Shown: positions 44,137 through 55,311, counted from the first letter of the stretch. The stretch is DNA of 64,000 nucleotides from Obrimoposthia wandeli (GCA_977020255.1 CDROCS010000506.1:1798001-1862000); one strand, 5' to 3'. Made by a program: numbers and translations. The notes: generated by a model from the letters alone, not told the origin.

Positions 44137-47100
44137 TACTTACCTCCTGAAGTTTGCGACTCAGCGTCATTAAGCAATCTGTCCGGTACCGTGATCGCTT
44201 TTTGATTACGCTTACCTTCGGTAAATACGGGATTATCAAAGTCGCCACTGACATTAAATTTAAGCTCGGTGATCACTTCAACCACCGGTTCTAAGATCTT
44301 AGATAACGCAAACACAGCCAATGCAGTTGTTGGCGTGACTGCAAACGCCGCCAATACCGGTAAACTAGAGGTCACATCGGGGAAGAAGCTTAAATTATAA
44401 TTAATCGTATCCGTGACTAAATCGATATAACCATGGCCGGTGATCTTACCGCTATTGGAATTAAGGATAAAATCTTTATTATTAATCGCACCATCAACGA
44501 TCAGCAGTGACCCTTGCATAGACGAATATGGCAGCCCGTCATTAAATACATCACTGAAATCTAAACTTAAGCGCTTCACTAATGACTGTAAGCTCAGCAC
44601 ACTTAAGAACCGCGTACCTTTATCACTGACATTCGATATACGCCCTGCTTTAGTGGTTATTGTCGCATTACCATTTAATGAGTCACCATCAATATTAAAA
44701 GGCTGATCTTGCCAAGCCAGTCTGAAGTTAACATCTGCAGGGGTCTTTGCCAACGGACTGATCATGCCTAGGCCCGTCATAAACTCTTCAACACTCTTAG
44801 TGCTTAACTCACCCTGTAATTGCGTTGCCTGCTTACCTTTCGCATCCGTAAACCAACGCCCAGTCATAGCCACAGTGGAATGTTCCATATCAACATCAAG
44901 GGCTTTTAAGCTCAGTCCTGTCGTACTCTTAGTTACTTTAGCAGACGTTTGACCTAAATTAATTTGGCCTAAAATACAGGCGCCACAATTAAAATTAAAA
45001 CCCGGTACATCTTGCCAAACAAGTGCGCTAGATTGCGGTTCATCTACGACGTTCTCGGTTTTGGCCTGGTTATTCTCATCACCGTTAAACACTAAATCAG
45101 GTAAATATAAATAATCAAAATCGATATTAATATCACCGACGTCAGGGATAACAACAGCCCCATTAAATTCATCCGCTTGTAGTGCGATGCCCCAATTACG
45201 GTAACCTTTAGTGGCGGTAATATTTAAGTTGGTCAAGGGTTGTTGGTAATAAACAGTATTAGCCACCGCTACTTTAATCGAGGATAAGGGTTCAACAGCA
45301 CTACTGACATCGAAATTACTGTCTGGCAAACCCTTGTACCATGACTGCCAATCGGCAAGTGCAAGGTTATCGACATTCACAACCACGGCATTTGCGGTAT
45401 CACTGATAAGTAGTTCATCAGCATTACCTATCTGAACTAAAGATTGGATCAAGGTTAATTGCTCACCGGCGTAATTAACCTGACCAGAGAAGTAGATCAG
45501 GTCAGTCGAATTGAGTTGAACATGGGCTTGTTTATCATTACCGACAACAGCAATATCGGTTGGCCAATCCTGCGAAGCTGCTTTGCCTAAAGGAATGGGT
45601 AAATCGAGCATCACGCTCTCTAAATCACTCTGTAAATCAAATTCATAGTTAAAACCCTGCTCAGGGAAAACCATGTTTAACGAGCCTTGCCAGTTCACAT
45701 AACCCGACACATACTGCTGATATTCGGGCATGAACTGCATCATCACCTTTTCACTCGCCCAGTTACCCGCAAGGTCAACATTGACTTGATAGTCACTGCC
45801 TTGCTGTGCACTGGTAAAGCTGACATTTAGTTGCTCGCCGAACAACGTGGCCGTTAATGGCGTTGATAATAAACCTGCATCATCAAACTTGAAACTACCT
45901 TTCACATTGTCCAAGGTTAAATCCAGCGCTGGCAGATAAACACCGGCATTCACTAATCCAATATCACCGCTGACAATAACGGGATCATCATCGGTAAACG
46001 GCAGGACAATATCAATTGCGCCGTTAATAGCGCCAGAGACTTGTAAATTGTTCAATACCTCGCTAACTTCAGGTAACGGGCTTAAATCAATCAAAGATTT
46101 GGCTTTTTTACCAGAAGTTATAAATTTCGCTTGGATCCCGAGAGCCTTCACATCACCTAAATTCGGTAACTGTAAGTCCACAGCCGATATCGCCACTTGC
46201 TCCAAATTACCTTTGCGCGATGACATAAATAAATCATCGTTTTGAAATAACAGTTCTAACTGCAATTCCGTTAAGCTTGGCCATTGCGGATCAAATTTAA
46301 ACTCAGCATCGACGACATTTAATCGGGTCTGGAAGATGCCGTCACCTTGGGCATAAGGATAATGAGCAAACTCACCAAACCACAACACTTGGCCATTCTC
46401 AGCATGGCCTTGCTTTAAAGCACCGCGCAGGTAATCAATTAATGACTCCCCCATATATTCGGTTGGATAGTAATAATAGGCTTTACTGGCATCGCGTAGT
46501 TTTAAATCTCCCGCAAGGCTAAGGAATGGCGGCGCATTACTCGGGATATCTAATAAGAATTGGCTATCGAGCACTAATTCTGTGGTATCAACAAATACCT
46601 TGTCTGCGCTGATCTCTATCCCTGTTGCGGTTGTTCCAGCGCCGGTATCACTGTTGCTTTCAGCATCGACATCGCTATAGTCATAACGACGCCAGGTTAA
46701 ATCAGTCGAAAATTGATTAACCTGAATACTATGCTCAAGATGCTCCGAGAGATCTAACGACACATCCTGCATATCAACACTGACCTTGCCAGCATCTAAA
46801 CTGCCCGTCACGGCGATATCGACATTATCAATAGCCGGAAAACCTTGCCAACTTTGCAACTGCAGATCATCAACGTTTAGCTGATAACGTAGCTTAGTCC
46901 AATCTTGCAATGGGATCTTAACCTTCACATCACGGACTAGACCATGAGGATATAGGGCTTTTAAGTCTTTAAATAAAGCTTCATCAACATAACGTGACAA
47001 CGCCACAATTGGCGCGAGCTTAGACAGCTCCACTTGATTCACAAAAGCAAATAAATCACTGTCTTGCTGCCTGACTTGTAAATCGAGCTGTGGCCAGACG

Positions 47101-48071
47101 ATACCATTGGTTACCAAGGCTAATTCACGACTATCTAACTGCCAACCGGAATCCGTTAACTGCCATTCCAGTTCACCGCCCCAGATATTAAGGTCTTGCT
47201 GCAGATCACCACTTTTCCACGTAAACGCGGAAGGCTGTAACTGTAATAATGCCGATGTTGGTTTATTGTTGGCAATATCAATCCAACTTTCAAAGCTAAG
47301 TGCGCCTTGCTTTAACCCTTCTCGTTTAAACAATACCTTTTCAAACCAATTCGACAAACTCACGTTTTCGGCTTGAACATACACTTGACCACTGACACTG
47401 GCTAAATCGTTTTTGGCGCTGGTGACATCAACCATAATACGCAAGTTATTATCAGTGATATCATCATTGATGTATGCCCAACCTTCCCCTCGGTGACGAT
47501 TACCTTGGTTTAGCCAAGCAAATTCAGGGATATGAATGATCTTTTCTTCACCCGCGGGGGTTAATACCCGTAAGTTACTATTCGTTAATTCGAAGTGCGC
47601 AAGTTGACGGAAAAACACATCAAGCAGACGGGTTAATTCGGGGGAAGCAAGTTTACTGTCTTTATCGTCAGAATTTTGAAACGGGGAAATGGGTAATTTA
47701 ATCTGCACGCCATCTAAGATCAGATTATCGAGCAGTAGTTTTCTTTCTAATACACTGTTCCAAAAATCAATGCTGATCTTAATACTTTCAACATCAAAAT
47801 GATAAGGTAAGGACTCATCAAACTTAACGTCTAAGGTATTAACGATTAATACCGGACCGAATTTATACCAACCCGCATCAATACTTGCAACTTCAATACT
47901 CACCGATTGATCAGCAACAAGCCAATCAATCACGCGATCGTGATATTGATTCAGGTAAGGTAAACTCGCCCGTAACAAACTAATCGAAACGGCAGAAAAA
48001 ACAGCTAAGCAGGCAAAAGTGTAAAGGCAGGCTTTACCACACCTTCTTAGCCAATTTCGTTTCGCTGTCAC
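44136..48071 (-). CDS. yhdP: AsmA-like phospholipid bridge protein YhdP
   Basis: 1311 aa, N-terminal TM, C-terminal LSLQSLVKRLSLDFSDVF; between rng and nit. Confidence 0.93.
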   Translation of the reverse strand: MTAKRNWLRRCGKACLYTFACLAVFSAVSISLLRASLPYLNQYHDRVIDWLVADQSVSIEVASIDAGWYKFGPVLIVNTLDVKFDESLPYHFDVESIKISIDFWNSVLERKLLLDNLILDGVQIKLPISPFQNSDDKDSKLASPELTRLLDVFFRQLAHFELTNSNLRVLTPAGEEKIIHIPEFAWLNQGNRHRGEGWAYINDDITDNNLRIMVDVTSAKNDLASVSGQVYVQAENVSLSNWFEKVLFKREGLKQGALSFESWIDIANNKPTSALLQLQPSAFTWKSGDLQQDLNIWGGELEWQLTDSGWQLDSRELALVTNGIVWPQLDLQVRQQDSDLFAFVNQVELSKLAPIVALSRYVDEALFKDLKALYPHGLVRDVKVKIPLQDWTKLRYQLNVDDLQLQSWQGFPAIDNVDIAVTGSLDAGKVSVDMQDVSLDLSEHLEHSIQVNQFSTDLTWRRYDYSDVDAESNSDTGAGTTATGIEISADKVFVDTTELVLDSQFLLDIPSNAPPFLSLAGDLKLRDASKAYYYYPTEYMGESLIDYLRGALKQGHAENGQVLWFGEFAHYPYAQGDGIFQTRLNVVDAEFKFDPQWPSLTELQLELLFQNDDLFMSSRKGNLEQVAISAVDLQLPNLGDVKALGIQAKFITSGKKAKSLIDLSPLPEVSEVLNNLQVSGAINGAIDIVLPFTDDDPVIVSGDIGLVNAGVYLPALDLTLDNVKGSFKFDDAGLLSTPLTATLFGEQLNVSFTSAQQGSDYQVNVDLAGNWASEKVMMQFMPEYQQYVSGYVNWQGSLNMVFPEQGFNYEFDLQSDLESVMLDLPIPLGKAASQDWPTDIAVVGNDKQAHVQLNSTDLIYFSGQVNYAGEQLTLIQSLVQIGNADELLISDTANAVVVNVDNLALADWQSWYKGLPDSNFDVSSAVEPLSSIKVAVANTVYYQQPLTNLNITATKGYRNWGIALQADEFNGAVVIPDVGDINIDFDYLYLPDLVFNGDENNQAKTENVVDEPQSSALVWQDVPGFNFNCGACILGQINLGQTSAKVTKSTTGLSLKALDVDMEHSTVAMTGRWFTDAKGKQATQLQGELSTKSVEEFMTGLGMISPLAKTPADVNFRLAWQDQPFNIDGDSLNGNATITTKAGRISNVSDKGTRFLSVLSLQSLVKRLSLDFSDVFNDGLPYSSMQGSLLIVDGAINNKDFILNSNSGKITGHGYIDLVTDTINYNLSFFPDVTSSLPVLAAFAVTPTTALAVFALSKILEPVVEVITELKFNVSGDFDNPVFTEGKRNQKAITVPDRLLNDAESQTSGGK

Positions 48072-48072
48072 G

Positions 48073-49548
48073 CTACATCATTACCACATCGAATTGTTCT
48101 TGTAGGTACTGCGGTTCAGCTTTTATCTTCACCTGTTTACCCATAAACAATTCTAACTCAGCAATACTGTGTGACTCTTCTTTGACAATGTATTCAGCAA
48201 CCGCAACCGAGGCATAAACGTTAAACTGATCCGCATCATAAGCACGATTAACCCGGGTTACTTCACGAAATATCTCATAACATACTGTTTCAACAGTTTT
48301 CACCGAACCACGACCATCACACGTCGGACAGTCTGAACACAAGACATGCTCTAATGATTCACGCGTACGCTTACGGGTCATTTCTACTAAGCCTAACGCC
48401 GAGAAGTCATGGGTATTGGTTTTAGCACGATCATGGCTTAATGCTGATTCCAAACATTCCATCACGCGACGGCGATGTTCAGAACTTTGCATATCAATGA
48501 AATCGATAATGATAATACCACCAAGATTACGTAATCTCAGCTGGCGAGCGATCGCTTGGGTCGATTCGACATTAGTATTAAAGATCGTATCTTCAAGATT
48601 ACGATGGCCAACAAACGCGCCGGTATTAATATCAATCGTCGTCATTGCTTCAGTCTGATCGATAATTAAATAACCACCCGACTTTAACTTTACTCGACGT
48701 TCAAGTGCACGTTGCGATTCGCTTTCGACATCGTACATTTCAAAGATCGGACGTTCGCCAGTATACGGTTCTAACGCACTCACTAGCTCTGGTACATACG
48801 ATTCAGTAAATTCACATAACTCAGCGTAAGCCAAGCGTGAATCGACACGGATCTTGTCTAATGGTGCACCGGCAAAATCGCGAATAATACGAAATGCCAA
48901 AGACGGATCTTGATACAACATACTCGCGCTTGGATTCGCTTTTTTACGCTGTAACACTTTGGTCCATAGACGTTTTAAGTAAGCAATGTCTTGTTCAAGT
49001 TCTTTATCACCCACACCATCGGCGGCGGTACGAATGATATAACCACCGAGTTCATCAATTTGCGCTTCAGTGACACGTTTTAAACGACTACGCTCTTCTT
49101 CACAATCAATACGTTGTGATACGCCAACATGTGAACTGCCTGGCATAAACACTAAATAACGTGAAGGCAAGGTAATATCCGTCGTTAGGCGTGCACCTTT
49201 AGTGCCCATCGGATCTTTCACTACTTGCACGACAATATCTTGGCCTTGACGAACGAGTTGCGAGATATCAGCGACTTTAAAATGTTTCTTCTCGCCAGGC
49301 GCAACACATTCGGTATGTGGCACAATATCTGATGCGTGTAAGAATGCTGCTTTATCAAGACCAATATCAATAAATGCAGCTTGCATGCCCGGTAATACTC
49401 GGCTTACTTTACCTTTATAGATATTACCCACGATGCCACGTTTCGCTTCGCGTTCAACATGTATTTCTTGCAATATGCCATTTTCAATCAAGGCAACACG
49501 TGTTTCGCTCGGGGTAACATTTACTAATAATTCTGTCGTTATACCCAT
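48073..49548 (-). CDS. rng: Ribonuclease G
   Basis: GNIYKGKVSRVLPGMQAAF, IDQTEAMTTIDIN and RLRNLGGIIIIDFIDM; no RNase E-type C-terminal tail. Confidence 0.97.
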   Translation of the reverse strand: MGITTELLVNVTPSETRVALIENGILQEIHVEREAKRGIVGNIYKGKVSRVLPGMQAAFIDIGLDKAAFLHASDIVPHTECVAPGEKKHFKVADISQLVRQGQDIVVQVVKDPMGTKGARLTTDITLPSRYLVFMPGSSHVGVSQRIDCEEERSRLKRVTEAQIDELGGYIIRTAADGVGDKELEQDIAYLKRLWTKVLQRKKANPSASMLYQDPSLAFRIIRDFAGAPLDKIRVDSRLAYAELCEFTESYVPELVSALEPYTGERPIFEMYDVESESQRALERRVKLKSGGYLIIDQTEAMTTIDINTGAFVGHRNLEDTIFNTNVESTQAIARQLRLRNLGGIIIIDFIDMQSSEHRRRVMECLESALSHDRAKTNTHDFSALGLVEMTRKRTRESLEHVLCSDCPTCDGRGSVKTVETVCYEIFREVTRVNRAYDADQFNVYASVAVAEYIVKEESHSIAELELFMGKQVKIKAEPQYLQEQFDVVMM

Positions 49549-49564
49549 ATTCTTTAGCCCTTCG

Positions 49565-50182
49565 TTACTTATTCTGCTCTGCCTTAAAGGCTTGAATTAA
49601 TTGCTCGGTTTGCATTAAAGGTAAACCGACAACGGCACTATAACTACCGCTTATATGGCTGACAAATTTCCCGGCAATACCTTGGATAGCATAACTCCCG
49701 GCTTTATCGCAGGGTTCACCCGTACGCCAATAGTCGTGCATCTCAATCGCTGAGATATCTCTAAACTGTACTGTTGTTGTTACTAACTCGACCTTGCAAC
49801 GCGTGCCATCGGCAAGTGCAACAGCGGTCATTACTTCATGTTCATGACCGGATAATAAACTGAGCATGCGCACTGAGTCAGCTTCATCTACAGGCTTTTC
49901 TAATACTTGTCCGGCATAGACGACTATCGTGTCGGCGCCTAAAACAACAGCTTCAACGGCTACGTTCGTCGTTACCTGTGTTGCGTTGACCTTGAGTAGC
50001 GCAGCAACACCCGCTTGCGCTTTATCTCGCGCCAGACGGGATACATAGTCAGGTGCTAATTCACCCACTTGTTGCTGCTCTTCCACATCAACGGATAATA
50101 CCGAGAATTCAACGCCAATTTGGGTTAATAACTCACGGCGACGTGGAGACTGCGACGCTAAATACATATTAGTCTGTTTCAT
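49565..50182 (-). CDS. yhdE: Maf family dTTP/UTP pyrophosphatase
   Basis: LASQSPRRRELL, LGADTIV, KAGSYAIQG and VVGLPL. Confidence 0.94.
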   Translation of the reverse strand: MKQTNMYLASQSPRRRELLTQIGVEFSVLSVDVEEQQQVGELAPDYVSRLARDKAQAGVAALLKVNATQVTTNVAVEAVVLGADTIVVYAGQVLEKPVDEADSVRMLSLLSGHEHEVMTAVALADGTRCKVELVTTTVQFRDISAIEMHDYWRTGEPCDKAGSYAIQGIAGKFVSHISGSYSAVVGLPLMQTEQLIQAFKAEQNK

Positions 50183-50220
50183 CTTATTATCTTCTACTCA
50201 ATTAAGCTATCTTCCGGCGA

Positions 50221-50703
50221 CTATCTAATCGCAAATTGGCGACGAATCTTCCGTAAAATCAAGAATATCCATGGCCATATTAACATCGTGGTTAAGATTG
50301 ACCATAAGTACATGGGTGTTATTGATATATCGAAAAGTAATTTTTCAGCCCAGAATATGATGAGCTTATTAAGCATCGTTAAGAAGCCGACAATTAAAGC
50401 TTGCTGCCATAACGAAATATTCCGGATCAAACGATGATTCATCACGATAATATAGATAACAATAGATAAGGCCAAAGAATGGATACCGAGCGGCGCACCT
50501 AATAACAGATCCAACGCTAACCCAGTGATCCAAGCATAACCAACACTTACCCTATAAGGCAGTGCCATACACCAATAGCCTAACACCAACAGCACCCAAT
50601 CAGGTCGGAAGCTGTTGAGCGGTTCGGGCACCGGTAGTGCAGTCAATAATAATGCGAGAATGATGGTCAAAATTAATTTAAAACGACCGTTAGCAGACGT
50701 CAT
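50221..50703 (-). CDS. mreD: Rod shape protein MreD
   Basis: RPDWVLLVLGYW and DLLLGAPLG; polytopic membrane protein. Confidence 0.95.
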   Translation of the reverse strand: MTSANGRFKLILTIILALLLTALPVPEPLNSFRPDWVLLVLGYWCMALPYRVSVGYAWITGLALDLLLGAPLGIHSLALSIVIYIIVMNHRLIRNISLWQQALIVGFLTMLNKLIIFWAEKLLFDISITPMYLWSILTTMLIWPWIFLILRKIRRQFAIR

Positions 50704-51608
50704 AGCGTCTTCTCCTTACCTGTTTCTAACTGCGGTTCATTAACATCATCCAGATCTTTGATCGCAGGATCACCCTCGGATGCGTTGTCGTCATTGTCCC
50801 AAACTAATAGCACATAACGTATCCGCTCTAACGCCACAGCGGGTTTCGCTTCAACTTGGGCGTAGGGCTGACCAACCTGATAAGTGAACTCAGAAATAGT
50901 AGCAACAGGATAACCTTCAGGAAATACGCCACCCAGGCCAGACGTCACTAATACATCGCCCACTTGAATATCGGTACTGTGTGGCATGTAAGGTAGGTTA
51001 AGACTATTGAGTTCGCCGCCGCCATTGGCTATCGCGCGAATATCATTACGCTGTACGCGCACCGGAATACCGTGGCTAATATCAGAAATCAGTAATACTC
51101 GGCTGTATGTGGCTGCCACATCAACAATTTGTCCAACCACACCCTGTTCGTTTAATACCGGTTGACCAATATAAACACCTTCCATTGCGCCCTTATTAAT
51201 CACCACTTGCAGTGAAAACGGATCGGAATTAACGGTAATAATTTCAGCGACTAACTTACGTTTATCGGAATGGACGGGAGAATTGAGTAATGCGCGCAGG
51301 CGTTTATTTTCTTCTTTCAGGTGCTTAAATTCTAATAACTGGACTTGTTGAGTGAATAGTTTATCTTTTTGTTCCGCCACTTCTTTTCTTAAATCACGAC
51401 GGCTAACAACATTATTAGATACACCTTTAAGCATTTCACTAGGAATATCAGCGGCATAAATTAACGGCGAGACGGCGGTATTTAAATACACACGCACATT
51501 CGAAAATGAATCAAATTTAGAATCAAAAATTATTAATGAGAAAGACGCGATAACCGCAAAAAATAACCGCAGCTGTAACGATGTAGAGGTAGCAAAAATA
51601 GGTTTCAT
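50700..51608 (-). CDS. mreC: Rod shape protein MreC
   Basis: ENKRLRALL, GVVGQI and SGLGGVFPEGYPVA. Confidence 0.95.
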   Translation of the reverse strand: MKPIFATSTSLQLRLFFAVIASFSLIIFDSKFDSFSNVRVYLNTAVSPLIYAADIPSEMLKGVSNNVVSRRDLRKEVAEQKDKLFTQQVQLLEFKHLKEENKRLRALLNSPVHSDKRKLVAEIITVNSDPFSLQVVINKGAMEGVYIGQPVLNEQGVVGQIVDVAATYSRVLLISDISHGIPVRVQRNDIRAIANGGGELNSLNLPYMPHSTDIQVGDVLVTSGLGGVFPEGYPVATISEFTYQVGQPYAQVEAKPAVALERIRYVLLVWDNDDNASEGDPAIKDLDDVNEPQLETGKEKTL

Positions 51609-51624
51609 TAGATGGTGTACTCAA

Positions 51625-51646
51625 AGGATGGCGCGCCCGCCATCCT
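51625..51646. other. GC-rich hairpin in the mreB-mreC spacer
   Basis: AGGATGGCG-CGCC-CGCCATCCT with no U-tail; likely an mRNA stability or processing element (inference). Confidence 0.55.
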
Positions 51647-51668
51647 ATAGGATTATGTGATCAGAGGC

Positions 51669-52793
<1,125 letters not shown>

Positions 52794-52810
52794 TTATGAA
52801 CTACTCACTA

Positions 52811-52870
52811 TTAATTTAACCGTCTTCGGTAAATAACTCGGTCATTACCGCGGAAAAAGCCGAATATCAT
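52811..52870 (-). pseudogene. mshQ: mshQ deletion remnant (19-aa mini-ORF)
   Basis: ATG overlaps the mshP stop (ATGA) and reads MIFGFFRGNDRVIYRRRLN*. This matches the MshQ/DUF6701 C-terminal motif FGxxRGNDRIIY (recalled) at the usual mshQ position. Confidence 0.8.
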
Positions 52871-53295
52871 AACTTAACTTCTGCTTCCACTTTATGCTGC
52901 GCGACAATTTTCCCACCATCGCAGGTACCAGTTGATCTTAGATAATATTGCTTACTAGTATCAGGTAATGCAATAATTTGACATTCTATATCTACCCTAC
53001 AATTTTCCCAACCGACACCACTGCTTATAACAGAAAGGGTTTTAAAGGGTTTATCTGGAAACAAATTACACGTCAAAGTGCTATTTAACGCATTATAAAT
53101 GCCATACTCCATACCGCTATCGGCCGCATAATAAGCTTTCGCGCTATACACTTCATTCGCAACACTGTCTGCGGTTGAACTTAAGATTCGACTCAACGAC
53201 GCCGCTAATAACGAAATAACCACAATAATAAAAATAGCGATCACCAGCATGCTGCCTTGCTGCTGATAAGGACTCGAATGACGATTACGGCACAT
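52867..53295 (-). CDS. mshP: MSHA minor pilin MshP (PilX-like)
   Basis: QQGSMLVIAIFIIVV and AYYAADSGME; follows mshO. Confidence 0.88.
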   Translation of the reverse strand: MCRNRHSSPYQQQGSMLVIAIFIIVVISLLAASLSRILSSTADSVANEVYSAKAYYAADSGMEYGIYNALNSTLTCNLFPDKPFKTLSVISSGVGWENCRVDIECQIIALPDTSKQYYLRSTGTCDGGKIVAQHKVEAEVKL

Positions 53296-54076
53296 TAGAC
53301 ATTACCACCTGATGTTCAAATTTAATTTCACCGTTATCACGTAATAAGAAGTTAAAATTCAACTCCAAAATAGCATTACTAAACTGAGTCGCGCTGGTTA
53401 ACGACATGTTACTGCCAGCAGCGAGGTTATCAGCCATTAATACTCCAGAAGTCGAAACAGGTAATGGAAATGATTTAGTTAACAACACTTGGCTACGACG
53501 TAGCTGTCCAGCCGATATACAGTAGCGCACTTTATTCTCTGCAATAAAATAGCGTGAGGCAGCAGAGTCGAGTACTAATGGAACATCGAGTGTTAACGTG
53601 GCAACTGCACCAGAGCTTGATGCACTCATAATGGTTGCGACTGTATCTGTCGTACTCGAATCTATGCTATAAAAATCATTTTCCTGAGTTGTTAATACGC
53701 TAATACGCTGACCTATAAACGTTGTTACCGCTCGACTTCCAGAACGAGTGATTGGATCCATTATAAGCTCGATTGTACCTTGCCCTGCAACATTAGCAAT
53801 ATATTGGCCAGCAGCCGTAAAAGGTACAAACTGCATACATGTCCCGGAGTCCTGCACACTAAACGCAATAGCAGAATCCAATTCTTTACTCATGCGGTTT
53901 ATCACAAATCGCGCATCATTAAGGCGTTCATTTTGATTAACCGATGATTGATACAGCACCACGTTATCAGCAATAAAGCGACTGCTGAAAGTACCAACAA
54001 CCCCCAGCAATATAATCACAGTAACCAATTCAACAAGGGTGAATCCAGCCTGCGTATATTTAATCATTTTAGGCAT
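53285..54076 (-). CDS. mshO: MSHA minor pilin MshO
   Basis: AG|FTLVE prepilin cleavage motif; 263 aa; position. Confidence 0.88.
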   Translation of the reverse strand: MPKMIKYTQAGFTLVELVTVIILLGVVGTFSSRFIADNVVLYQSSVNQNERLNDARFVINRMSKELDSAIAFSVQDSGTCMQFVPFTAAGQYIANVAGQGTIELIMDPITRSGSRAVTTFIGQRISVLTTQENDFYSIDSSTTDTVATIMSASSSGAVATLTLDVPLVLDSAASRYFIAENKVRYCISAGQLRRSQVLLTKSFPLPVSTSGVLMADNLAAGSNMSLTSATQFSNAILELNFNFLLRDNGEIKFEHQVVMSNVP

Positions 54077-54619
54077 TAATAATTCCCCTTAAATGACGTC
54101 AGCGTAATACTTTCATTGTTGGGCATCAATATAGTAACCCGGATCCGTTTAGCAACATGATCAAGCGTGCTGGTTTCACCGAATTGCGCTGCCGCATTAG
54201 CAACGCATATATTCAATCCATAACCGGGGTATTCATTAGTAAATTCTTCCAAGGTATCTACAGGGTCCGCATTACAATACACATGGTAATCATCAACGTC
54301 ATTGAAGCCATCTGGATTATCGCTCTTTTCACCTGCATCTAAGCCTAATTTGCTACACGAAATAGTCACACCGCCAATATTCTTGCCACAACGAATAGCG
54401 CCATTAGTTCTGGCGTTCACATCATCATAATAACGAATTAGCACCTGGTTCATAATGCTCTTGCCTAATGCTGTCGCTTTTATCTGATACATAGGCGTAG
54501 TCATTTTATTCGCTTGTGGTAAGAACACACCAGTTACAATAGTCAACGCTACCGCTAATACCACGATACCGACAACAATCTCAATTAAGGTAAAACCGCG
54601 TTGTTTATATCTTCTTCAT
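54076..54619 (-). pseudogene. mshD: MSHA minor pilin MshD, probable 5' frameshift
   Basis: The frame carrying KQRG|FTLIE has TGA at 54618-54616 upstream. The only nearby ATG (54619) is 1 nt out of frame and reads MKKI*. The body (FNDVDDY, KRIRVTI) is intact. Confidence 0.7.
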
Positions 54620-55124
54620 GGATATAGCCTTGAGATTCGATGCGAATTGATAATGTTTGCTCGCCGAAAATACTGATATCACAGCCAGCGCAGCTACTTG
54701 CCACACCACGAGAGTTAAATTCAATCGTATGCGGGCTAAATTTAATAGCACTACTATCAGCCTCCGCTTTACTCATACCTAATTGAGGTGGATTAAATAT
54801 AACGGGTAGCTCAAGCACAGTCGAATTATCATCATCACAGTTTGTAGGAATACCAAATCGACTTGGTTCAGTGCTACTTTCTGCAACAATCAGCACTTTG
54901 TTACAAGCATAAGGATTAGTCGTGCGAGTACTACGACACGCCTTATCACAACTCATTGCTTGTTGCTGTACGGTTTTTAATAATTGTAGTAATTGGTCAC
55001 GATAAGCTTGAACTTCAAAGCCATCATTACCAATTAATTTGGGGATCGCAGTTGCGGCGAGAATACCAGTCAGGATAATTACGATAACTAGTTCAATGAG
55101 GGTGAAGCCGGAGTTTTTGTGCAT
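54585..55124 (-). CDS. mshC: MSHA minor pilin MshC
   Basis: SG|FTLIE motif, RDQLLQLLKTVQQQAM and C-terminal IESQGYIH. Confidence 0.88.
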   Translation of the reverse strand: MHKNSGFTLIELVIVIILTGILAATAIPKLIGNDGFEVQAYRDQLLQLLKTVQQQAMSCDKACRSTRTTNPYACNKVLIVAESSTEPSRFGIPTNCDDDNSTVLELPVIFNPPQLGMSKAEADSSAIKFSPHTIEFNSRGVASSCAGCDISIFGEQTLSIRIESQGYIHEEDINNAVLP

Positions 55125-55189
55125 ATGCTATCGAACCTGATGGCTTAAGAGTTGTGGGTGCTAAGTATTAGCGTTTTCCCATACTGATT

Positions 55190-55247
55190 ATTGATAATAT
55201 TATCAATTTAAGGTAGTTGCATTAATAATGAATTATTAATGCAACTA
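55190..55247. repeat. Two adjacent palindromes upstream of mshC
   Basis: ATTGATAATATTATCAAT, perfect 18 bp (55190-55207); TAGTTGCATTAATAAT-GA-ATTATTAATGCAACTA, 16-bp arms (55214-55247). Confidence 0.85.
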
Positions 55248-55259
55248 ATTCGTAAAAAT

Positions 55260-55290
55260 AAAAAAGGCTTACCGAAGTAAGCCTTTTTTA
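55260..55290 (-). terminator. Terminator after mshA
   Basis: AAAAAGGCTTAC-CGAA-GTAAGCCTTTTT. Confidence 0.88.
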
Positions 55291-55311
55291 TAATAGCGAT
55301 TAATTTATTAT

